Shown here piece by piece: positions 24,611-36,600 of a DNA stretch of 64,000 nt. The position numbers and the translations under genes are program-made. The first letter of the stretch is position 1; each line of letters starts with the position of its first letter. The stretch spans positions 687,366-751,365 of the forward strand of contig JAPMXV010000029.1 of the NCBI GenBank assembly GCA_026936335.1. Reading direction: 5' to 3'. Source of the DNA: Mantamonas sphyraenae STR306 (Eukaryota > Protista > CRuMs). Under the pieces are notes generated by a model. It was not told the DNA's origin and did no database searches. It saw only the letters and a list, made by a program, of their open reading frames with translations.

Positions 24611-27600
24611 ATGCGCAAGCACAGCAGCATCCACGCTGTGCTCGTGGTGTCGATCATCTTGACACTGTTTGTTAGCTTGTCACACGCGGCCATTGCAGAT
24701 TGCTTGGGTAAGCAAGCGGTGTAGTCGTTGCCACTACGGCGCCTCCTGGTGAATACACCCGCACTTACACTCACCTACAACTTCCACTCCCTCGATCTCC
24801 TCGCATCTCCTCGCAGCCGGACACACATACACACCCGCATCATCCTTGCGAGCTTGGATGTGCGCAAACGACGTCCAGACGTCCGGAAGTTCTGTGGACC
24901 AGTTTACAGACCAGTCGGGCTATGGACACCATGCCACAGCAAGTGGCTCCACGCGACCGACGTTGGAAACGAATGTCATCGGCAGCCAGCCTGGTATGCT
25001 GTTTGACGGAAGCAACGACTGCTTCACAATTGCCAATGCGAACGACTTCAACACCGATTTCAACCCCTACACGGGCAAGACCATCTTCATTGTCTTCAAG
25101 ACAGGAGCGAGTGTTACTGCCAAACAAACCCTATACGAACAGGGTGGTGGTACACGTGGTCTGACCATGTACCTCCAGGACAGCCGGCTGTACCTCACGG
25201 CTTACAACCGCGACAACGGACAGGTGTATTGGTACGTGACGCCTCTTTTCCCCGCACATCATGCGCGTGTATACATCGGTTGCTGCCCGAGCGTGCTCCT
25301 CACGCGTGCACTCCGCGTGTCTCTGTGTCGTTGGAGCGCCCGCCCGACGGAAGCCGCCGCATGGATGGATTTCGGATGATGCCTCGATGCGGAAACCACT
25401 AACGCCTTTTCCACGCCCGCATTTCCGCATTGCGCCACACACAGGGATGTGGCGGTGGCCTACGACGACCCCGTCCTCAACAAGACCAAGTACTTTGGTC
25501 TGTATCCTAACCAGTACAACATTCTGGCTTTCCGATGGGAGGCTCAAGGTACGTCCAGGCCCCACATCAGCCCCCTTTTCTTTCCACAGGCGCACCACTC
25601 ACAACACCCTCCCCGGTTCCCTTGCAGGTGCCAACGCAGGCCTCGAGCTCTGGGCAAACGGTTTGTACATGAACCGCAACACAGCCGTCGAGCGCATGTG
25701 GGCGCATAGCGGTACGTCCTCGGCGCCATGTCCCCATCCCCAGAACGCGGCGAAAGCCCGCGAAACTCGTCTATCCAGCACACTCCAGCTCACACACGCC
25801 ACACCTTGATCTTGCGCACTGCATCCTTCACCTCACACCCGTGCTACCTGTGACGTGTACTCTCCCTCACAGGCGACATTAAGCTTGGATGTGGTGCCAG
25901 CGGCATGCGCTACCACGACGGTGCGTTTTTTTGCGTTTCTATGCCCCTCTTGCTTTTCCTCCACCCTACCCTACCCTGCTTCCCCCTCTCGCTCTCTACG
26001 CCTCCCTCTCTCTCTCGCACACTGTCCACACGCCCTCTGCTCACACATCGGCTCTCGCCGTCCCTCCTGCGCCCGTCTCCACGTGCTGCTCGCCATCCGA
26101 ATTCTCTCTGGGCGCAACACATCCTGCGCCGTCGCCACTTCCACAGGCTCCTTCAGCAACATCTACTTTGCTGGCCACATCTCCGAGTTTATCTACTTCA
26201 ACAACGAGGCTCTCAGCCAGGCCAACATGGACGCCACGTTCAACTTTCTGCAACAGAAGTACGGCGAGATTCTCTACGACTCAAGTGCAGGTACGCCACC
26301 TTTCCATGCCTTGCTCACTTTCACTTGGACACATTCAGCCACAGGACATGCCGCACTGAGTGCACATGTGCGACACGTAAACTCACACCCACCCACCCAC
26401 CCACATCCGTCTGCAGTGTGTCCTGGGTTTTTCTCAAACCCTTGCTCCGGCGCCGACCACGGTACCTGTCTCACGTACCCCAACAACACCAAGTATTGCG
26501 AATGCAAGGACCCTTGGATTGGAGAATCGTGCGATACTTGTACGTTGCGCCATGTCGCATGTTGCCGAGCAGGAGCCAAGCCTCTCGCACCCGCACACCC
26601 TCCCATTCACCCTCCCATCCACCCTCGACTCACGCCCCATTCTCTTCCCTCTCACCGCCCTACCCACAGTCAACGGCGAAACAAACTACTGCTACGAAGT
26701 GCGCTGGGATCTTGCAAACCCGGCTGGCTACCGCTCGCGCAACTTTTCGCCCGTAAAGTACTTCCCACCGGGGCATCCGGCAACCACACGCTGCGGAGGC
26801 CTGCCCCCCGACAGCAACGGCCTGTATCGCATCCCCACGTATGGCAACAACCCCGATGATTGTGCACCCAACACTCCGGGCGCTGCAATGTTCTACTCCT
26901 ACGACTACCCGGCAGGCTCGTCCGAAAACACAGGCCTCGCCACAGTCGAAACTGCCACCCTCATCATCACTGTCGACGAAACCTTCAATAGCTCCGTGCT
27001 GTGGATTCTCGACCGCAACAACAACGCCGATGGAGGCCGTGTCGAGGTCTTTCTCGACTCCAAGGTCGTGGGTGGCACGGGCGTCCAGGTCGTCACCAAG
27101 GACGATCCTGCAGGCGACAACACGCAATCTTGTGTCGGCGCAGGAAACGATTGCTACTTTTGGAACACCAACACCGGCGTGGGTGACTTTTACTTCCGCT
27201 GGGTTTCCTGCTGCTCCGACGGCGTTGCATTGGGCGTCATGCCGCGCGAAGTCGACATGAACTATCGCATGAACGTCATTGCAGGCCTCACCCAGTTCCG
27301 CCTCGCAGAGTACGACGGCGAGACAAACCAGATCACCTTTTTCAACATCCCGCTCTCAGAGGCTGCCAAGGGCATCCGTATCCTTGACCGCACCTGCGAG
27401 GCCTCCACCGAGCTCTATTGTTCCCAATACCGCTTCTGTGGCGATTGCACCGCCGATCCCCTCTGTGGTTGGTGCAACGAAGACCTCCGATGCCTCGGCA
27501 AGGACTTTGGCTCCCTCTGCCAAGGCGGACGCTTCCCGCTCAGTTTCACCGTCGAGTGCTGCACCGCTTGCTCCGACCTCTGCAACTGTGGCGATTGCGT

Positions 27601-30600
27601 CCAGCGCGCAGGCTGCGGCTGGTGCCACGACACGGGCAAGTGCTACTCTGGTTCCTCCGCAGCGCCCTGTCAGAACTGCACTTACTTCTCCACAGACACC
27701 TGCGAGACCTGCGGCGGGCCCCTCGACGCTCAGGACAAGCCCGTCGCCTTTGTCGGCGTCAACAACCTCGGACACGCCTCCTACTGCTCCAAGAACGGCA
27801 CCTGCGACTTTTCCAAGAAGCAGTGCACCTGTGTCGACACCAAGTGGGGAGACGGCTGCCAGAACGACTGCCCCGCCATCGTCGACATTGGCGGCGGCGT
27901 CCTCAAGCCCTGCAACGGCAACGGCAAATGCAACCAGACAAGTGGCAACTGCCAGTGCAATTGCGGCTGGACAGGCCCCTACTGCAACCAGACTGCCCCC
28001 GCAGGCTGTGGCATCCAGGGAGGTAACTGTGTCGTCGGTGACACCTGCACACAAACCTGCGGCAAGTGTCTCGCCGGCGACACCCAATGCGTCAACCCCA
28101 CCGGTGTGCTGTTGGCCAACTCCACCACTTGTGCCTGCATCGACGGCTGGTACGGCGCAGACTGTACCTCGCCTTGTCCGGGCATCAGCTCCACAGATGG
28201 CTCAGGCTCAATTTGTGGTGGCTACGGTACTTGTCAGACCGATGGCACCTGCGTTTGCGACTCGTGCTACCAGAACCAGGGCGCAGCAAACACCATCTGT
28301 GTCGACAAGCCCTGCCCAGGTGTTTGCCCCACCGCAACCTTTGGCACTTGCTTTTGTGGCACATGCTCTTGCCCAGGCAATTGGTTCGGTGATGATTGCA
28401 CACAGTGCGCCTGCCAGAACGGCGCCATTTGCCACAGCATCCACGGTGAGTGTGAAGACCCGAGCAACGGCAACCCGTGCCCGCCTGGCTTTGCTGGTGA
28501 CCTGTGTCAGTACAATTGCACGCGCGACGGCTTCTGCAACGGCCGAGGCGAGTGCGACGCAAACACCCTCAAGTGCACCTGTGACGCAGGCTGGGTCGGG
28601 CCTACGACTGCCCCGTGCTCCAAGCAGTGCAACTCCACTGTCGATTGCTCCAACAAGGGCCAATGTCTCGAGGACGCAACTTGCTTCTGTGACTTTGGCT
28701 TCGTCGGCTCCAAGTGCGAGACTGCCTGTGTAAAGGACATCGATGATTGTAACTGCTACCCGCAGATCAACTCGGGGTACATCACCTTCAACGAGGACCC
28801 CCCCGCTGATATTCTCATCGACGTCACCGCCTTTGCCTTTGATGCAGACTCGGCCATCTACTACCAGACGCTCGAGGTGGTCAACCCTCCGACAACGGTA
28901 CCATAGTCAGCATCAACCGCATCACAGGCCACATGTACTACCGCCCCGAGCCAAACTACTTTGGCAACGACACCGTGGGCATCAAGGTCTGCGATGTCGA
29001 GGGCCTCTGTGCAATCGGCGCAATCATCATGAACGTCCTCTCCGTCAACGACCCGCCCGTCGCTCTCGACGGAAGCCTCGGTGCAGACGCAGAGGTCTAT
29101 TCCTACAGCAAGCTCAACGCCACCGATGTCGAGAACGACGCCCTCACCTTCCGTCTCGTCACCCAGCCTACAAAGGGTACCGTCGAGCTGCTCGACAACA
29201 GCACAGGCAGCTTCCGCTTCTACCCGTTCCTCGGTGCAAACGGAACCGACTCGTTCCAGTTTCAGGTCCGCGACAACGGAGACCCCAACGAGGACTCTGT
29301 CAAGAACGGCACGGTCTTCATCCTGGTTGCCATCAAAAACACCGCCCCGACCGTCTACAACGGCACCCTCCAAACCGAGGAGGACGTTCCGGCCACGGGC
29401 ACCCTCGTCGCAACCGACTTTGAAGGCCATCCAGTCGTCTTTACCGTCGAGACGCCGCCCAGTATGGGCACAGTCACCATTCTGGATGCCGGCTCGGGAC
29501 TTTACCGCTACACGCCCGATCTGCATCGCTTCGGCCCCGACGAATTCTCCTTTGTCGCCACAGACATTTTCGGCGACCGCAGCAACATCTCGTGGATCTC
29601 CATCAATGTCACCAGTGTCAACGACCTGCCTCTCTCTTTCAACGAGACCTGGGCCACCATGGAAGACGTCGCCTTCTTTGGTCAGCTCAACGCTTCCGAC
29701 GTGGAGACCTTGCAGGCAAACAGCGTGTTCACCATCACCGTACCCCCGCATTTGGGCACCATTGCCCTTCAGGCGGCCACGGGCGGGGTGTTTTTGTACA
29801 CGCCCAACGCAAACGTCAACGGCGTCGACTACTTTGCGTACACGGTCACGGACGAGGCTGGTGGCGTCTCCAACGCCTCCTGGGTCAACGTAACCATCTA
29901 CGCAGTCAACGACGCGCCCGACTTTGTCGTCCTCCCGTCGCCTCCAAGCACCGTCGAGGACACAGACCTCACCTTTGCAGGCCTGGCTGTCACCGACGCT
30001 GACGTCGCAGCGGACGACCAGCTCGTGCTGAACGTCACCATCACCGACGGTGCGCTGACTTTGCAGCGCACAGACAGCCTTGTGCTCGTCAGTGGCTCCA
30101 CCACAGCCAGCCAGGCTTTTGTCCTGCGTGGCAATCTGACAAAGATCAACCAGGCCATCACAGACATGGTCTTTGTCCCTCCACCCGGCTGGAGTGGCGA
30201 CGCCTACATGAACCTGTGGGCAAGTGACAACGGCGCCACAGGCAGTGGCGGGGTCCAGTACGGCATGCGCAACGTCTCCATCAACGTGCAAACCGTCAAC
30301 GATCCGCCCTCGCTCCTTCTGCCCAGTGCACAAACCGTCAACGAGGACGTCGACCTCACCATCGTGGGCATCAGCATGAACGACGTCGACGTCTACACAG
30401 CCAACATGCAGGTCAACATGAGCGTCACCGCAGGTGTGCTCACCCTCGCCCAGACCACAGGACTCACGTTCCTCACGGGCGACGGGTCCGCAGACACCCT
30501 GCTCCGCTTCCAGGGCACCCTCACGGATTGCAACGCAGCCGTGGCCTCCGTTGTCTACCGTGCCAACCTGCACTACAACGGCGCAGACTCGCTGCAAGTC

Positions 30601-33600
30601 ATCGTCGATGACCGCGGCAACACAGGCTCCGGCGGCATCCTTTCCGCTTCAGGCGTCGTGGCTCTCACCATCACGCCCGTCAACGACGCACCCGTGCTCA
30701 CGCTTGCCTCGCCGCAGGTCACCAACGAAGACACCTCGGTGGCCATTGGAGGCATCAGTGTGAGCGACGTCGACGTCGCCGCAGGAACACTGGCCGCCAA
30801 CGTCAGCGTGACCAACGGCCTGCTGACCATGAGCAGCCTCGGCGGCTCCATTGTGCAAGTCCAGGGCAACGCAACCCAGGGCGCAACCGACCTTCGCATC
30901 CGTGGCTCGCTCACAGACATCAACGCAGCGCTCGCTTCGCTTGTCTACGCTCCCAACGCAGACTACAACGGCGCCGATACCCTCCAGGTGTGGGTCAGCG
31001 ACCTTGAACTCAGCGACGCGGGCTCCGTGGCCATTTCGGTTGTGGCTCTCAACGACGGGCCCGTCATCACTTTGCCCGGCACGCCCTCGACCCTCGAGGA
31101 CACCGCCCTCACCATCACTGGTATCAGCGTCAGCGATGCCGATGTGGCTGCCGGTCTCATGTGGCTCAACATGACCATGAGCGAGGGCGAAATGGTACTC
31201 GGTACCACCCTCGGTCTCACCATGTACGTGGGCACAGGCTTGGGCGGCAACGCTTTCAACGCCCAGGGCACGCTGACCACTCTCAACTCGGCTCTTGCCC
31301 AGGTCATCTACCGTCCCAGCACAAACTTCAACGGTGCCCCGTCGCTGGAGGTGCGTGTTTCGGATCGCGGCGCCACAGGTGTTGGCGGAGCCCTGGAGGA
31401 TGTCAAGACGCTGCCCATCACCGTGCAGGCTGTCAACGACGCCCCCATTCTCTCGGTGCCTCCTGCACAGACTGTGGACGAGGACGTGGATCTCACGCTG
31501 CCTTCGCTCAGTATCGCCGACGTCGACATCGCCGCTGGGCTCGTCAACGTCAACCTCAGCGTGGCCACGGGTGTACTCAGCCTCGCCAGCACCACGGGCA
31601 TCTCTGTCCAGGCTGGCAGTGCCACCAGCAGTGCCTTTATCCAGTTTGTCGGCACCCTGACCAACGTCAACACTGCCCTCGCGGGTGTGGTGTACCGCGC
31701 TGCACAGGACTACGCTGGCTCGGACCAGCTCGACGTGTTCATCAGTGACCTCGGCAACACCGGGCTTGGAGGCGCACTCAACGACACGGGTTCGGTCGCC
31801 ATTACGGTGCAGCCCGTCAACGACGCACCAGTCATCACCACCATCACGGACCAGACCGTCTCCGAAGACACCGACCTCACCATCTTGGGCATTGGAGTGA
31901 CCGACATCGACAGCGGCGACGGCACGTTGCGTTTCAACCTCACCGTCCAGTCGGGAACCATCACCATGCCCAACCCTGCTGGCATCGAGTTTCAGCTCGG
32001 GGGACCCTCGGGCTACTCTGCGCTCTCGTTCACAGGCAACGTCACGTCCATCAACGCGGCTGTGGGTACTCTGGTCTACCGTTCCTTTGTCAACTTTGAC
32101 GGCAGCGACACGCTGTCGGTTGCCACTCGAGACTATGGAAACACGGGCTCCGGTCCTGAGGGCACCCACAGCGTCACCATCGGCATTACCGTCATCGGCG
32201 TCAACGATCTCATCGAGTTTTCCAACCCGGCAACAGCCTCTGTTGACGAAGACACGGATCTCACTCTTGCTGGCATCAGCGTCAGCGACAGTGACGCCTA
32301 TGCAAACGCCGTGCGTGTCAACGTCAGCGTGTCGTCTGGCACGGTGACCCTGGCCCAGACCACGGGCTTGACGCTGCTCAGCGGCTCAGGCTCTGCAGAC
32401 GCCTTTGTCGAAGTCCTGGGCACGCTGACCAACATCAACGCCGCCCTGAACAACCTCGTGTACCGTGCAAGCACGCACTACAACGGCCCAGAAACCATCC
32501 TGCTGGGTGCAGCCGATCTCGGCGCTACCGGCACGCCTGGGCCAACGAGCTCGTTCAGCAATGTCTCGGTCACCGTCGCCGCTGTGAACGATGCACCTGT
32601 GCTGACCGTTCCCGCGGCCACTCAAACCACCCTGGAGGATGTGGCACTTACAATCACTGGTGTCAGCGTAAGCGACGTCGATGTGGCTGCCGCAAATGTC
32701 AATGTGACTCTCTCCGTCTCTTCGGGTGTCCTCTCCCTCGGCTCCACAACAGGCCTGACTTTCGGCTCGGGCGACGGCACCGCAGATCGCTCCATGTCCT
32801 TTGAGGGCACGCTCACAAGTGTCAACGCAGCCCTCGCGGCATCGGGCGTCGTGTACCTCGGCGATGCAAACTACAACGGGCCCGACGGCCTCTATGTTGA
32901 AGTGGACGATGGAGGAGCCACGGGACAGGGTGGCGTGCAACGGAACAGCACCACAGTGGCCCTGTATGTTGAGGGAGTCAACGACCCGCCTGTGCTCACA
33001 AGCATCAGCGCACAAACCGTCGACGAAGACACGGATCTGACCATGTCCGGCTTTGCCATCACGGATTTGGACGTCGGTTCCCTCCCGCTGCAGGTCAACA
33101 TCAGCGTAAGCCAGGGTGTGCTCACCGTCGGCTCTCTTGCAGGCCTCACGTTTGTGCAAGGGGACGGCTCCGCAGACGCACAGATGCGCTTCCAGGGTTC
33201 GCTTACCGCCGTCACGGCCGCTCTCAACGGCCTCGTGTACCGCGGCAACCTGCACTTCAACGGCGCAGACACCCTCAGCGTGGGTGTGGATGACCGTGGC
33301 AACGTGGGTCTTGGTGGCTTCCTCACAGATGCTGCCACGGTGGCCATCACCGTGGAGGCCGTCAACGACGCGCCTGTGCTCACCGTGCCTGGTTTGCAGG
33401 CAGCCACTGAGGATGTGCAGCACACCATCAGTGGCGTGAGCGTGTCCGATGTCGACGTCGCTGCAGGCCTGATGAGTGTCAACCTCACAGTCACGGCAGG
33501 CACCCTGTGGCTTCCCACAACCACCTCGCTCACCTTTGCTCTTGGCGACGGCACCAACGACCGCCGCATGGAGATGACGGGCACGCGCACCGCACTGAAC

Positions 33601-36600
33601 ACAGCCCTGGCCGCCATTGTGTACCAAGGCGACCTTCACTGGAACCAGGGTGACACGGTCACCGTGGACGTGCACGACTACGCGCAGACAGGCAAGGGAG
33701 GCCAGCTTGCCGACACAGCAACCATTCCCATCAACTTTGTGGCTGTCAACGATGCGCCTGTACTCACGGTGCCACCTGCTCAAGCGGGTTCGGAAGATGT
33801 CGACCTCCCCATCACGGGCATCAACATCACCGATGTCGACGTGGCAGGAGGCCAGCTGCGTGTCCAGATCGGCGTCACATCCGGTGTGTTGACCCTGGCC
33901 ACCACGGTCGGGCTCAACTTTGCCTCCGGAGGTGGCTTTGCGGACGCAAGCATGGACTTCCAAGGCACGCTGACCCAGGTCAACAACGCTTTGGCCACAG
34001 TCACCTATCTCACCGACCTGCACTACAACGGCAACGATGCCGTTTCCATTGCCGTGTACGATCAGGGCAACACAGGTGTGGGTGGCGTCCTGCAGGACTC
34101 GGGCAACATCCCGCTCACGCTTCAGGCCGTCAACGACGCACCTACCTTTGGTGTGCCTGGTACGCAGAATGTGGACGAGGACACAGATCTCACCATTTAC
34201 TTGGTGGGATTCACCGTTTCCGACGTGGATCTGTTCGGCGCAGATGTGCAGGTCAACCTTTCGTGTGCCTCGTGTCTGATGAACCTGACCACCACCACGG
34301 GCCTGGAATTCGTGGTCGGCGATGGCTTCCTCGACCCGTTCATGTCCTTTACCGGCACTCGCACAGAGGTGAACAACGCCATCACAACCGTCGTTTACCG
34401 TGGCGAACCCGACTTCAACGGTTTCGACGCCGTGACGGCGGTCGTGTCCGATCGTGGCTTCACCGGTTTTGGCGGTGAAAAGTTTTCCACCGACCAAACC
34501 GCGATCATCGTGAACCCGGTGAACGACGAGGTCATCATCACCATCCCCACGGCCCTGTTTGTGTCCGAGGACATTGCGTACAGCATCGACAGCGTCAGCA
34601 TCACCGACGTGGACATCGGGTCCGGCATCATGTCGGCCAACTTGTCTGTGAGCCACGGTTTGTTGCAGCTCGCATCCACCGAAGGCCTGACCTTTGCAGA
34701 GGGCAGTGCCGCACCCGGGCGTGTTTTCCGCTTGGATGGCAACGTGACCAACATCGCCAAGGCGCTTCTGAACATGACCTACACGAGCGACCTGCACTAC
34801 CACGGCACAGACTACCTCTACATCGAGGCGACGGACAACGAGATTGGCAACGCCACGTTTACATGGAAGTATCTGGCCATCAACGTGGAGGCAGTCAACG
34901 ATGCGCCTGTGCTCAGCGTGCCTGGCGCACAGGCGGTGAGCGAAGACGTGGCCATCACCCTCAATGGGATCAACGTCACCGATGTGGACGTGGATGCAGC
35001 CACCATGTTCTTCAACATCACGGCTGACCATGGTGTCATGTCCCTGGCCACCACCACGGGCTTTGCCATGACGTTTGGAGACGGAACAGCCGACACGGCC
35101 ATGCGCTTCACAAGCACTTTGACCAGTTTCAACACGGCTATGGCCGGTGGGCTCGTGTACCAGGGCAACCTGCACTTCAACGGCATCGAGACAATCCACA
35201 TCACAGCCAGCGACCAGGGCAACACGGGCGTCACCGGAGGTGTGCTGCAGGATCTGCGCACCATTGTCATCAACGTGACTGCCGTCAATGACGCTCCCGT
35301 GTGGACGGTGCCTTCTGCACAGACTGTGGACGAGGATGTCACCTTGAACATCACAGGCATCTCGTTGAGTGATGTCGATGTCGAGGCTCTCCCCATGGAG
35401 GTTAGCCTGCGCGTGTCCAACGGCACCTACAACCTTGCCTCCACAGCAGGCCTGACCTTTACGACGGGCACAGGCGCAAACGACCGGGAAACCGTGCTGC
35501 GTGGCTCTCTGACCGACATCAACGCCGCCCTGGTGTGGTTGACCTACACCGGCGACTTTGAGTTCTCCGGTTTGGACACTCTCCAGCTCAGTGTCAACGA
35601 TCTTGGCCACGTCGGCGACGTCGGGCCGCTCTCCGACGCTGCCTCGGTGCCCATCAATGTCGTGATCATCAACGACGCCCCACAGCTCTCCGTGAGCAGC
35701 TCCCAATCCGTTAGTGAAGACACAGACGTCACGATTGCAGGCATGAGCGTGACCGATGTGGATGTGTTTGACCAGTCCATGCGTCTCAACGTGTCGGCTT
35801 CCAACGGTGTCGTCACTTTTGTCACCACCACAGGACTGTCGTTCCTGTCCGGCACCAGCAACGGCGCATCGCTGCTCAACGTGCGCGGCACAGTGACTCA
35901 GATCAACGCAGCCCTGGGCACGGTCGTCTACCGTGGCAACCTGCATTGGTACGGCCAAGACCAGCTGCAGATTGCCGTCGACGATGAGGGCAACACAGGA
36001 AACGGGGGCGTCCAGAGCGCCTCTGGCGTCGTCAACGTCACTGTTACGGCTGTCAACGACGCGCCTGTGCTCCAGGCAGTCAGCGATCAGACGGTGAACG
36101 AAGACACAGATCTGACCATTGCTGGTATTGGTGTGAGCGACGTGGATGTGTACGCCGTGCCACTTGAGGTCAACGTCAGCGTGTCGCAGGGAGTGCTCTC
36201 GCTGCCCAACACGGCCGGTTTGACATTCTTGGTTGGCGACGGCCAAGACGATGCCTTTATGCGCATTCGCGCCACCGTGACCAACATGCACGCTGCCCTG
36301 TCACCTATTGTGTACCGTGCGGCCCAGGATTACAACGGAGCAGACACGCTGCAGGTCAGCGCCAGCGATTTGGGCGAGTCTGGCTTTGGTGGCGAGCTGC
36401 GTGATGCCTTTACAGTGGGCATCACCGTGCAGGCCGTCAACGATGTGCCCATCTTTGGCATCATCACTGACCAGGCCGTCAACGAGGACACAGACTTGAC
36501 CATGCTGGGCATCACCGTCACCGACGTCGATGTCTTTGCTGGTGCTCTTACCGTCAACGTGAGCGTCGGCCACGGAGTGCTCACCCTCCCCAACACGGCT

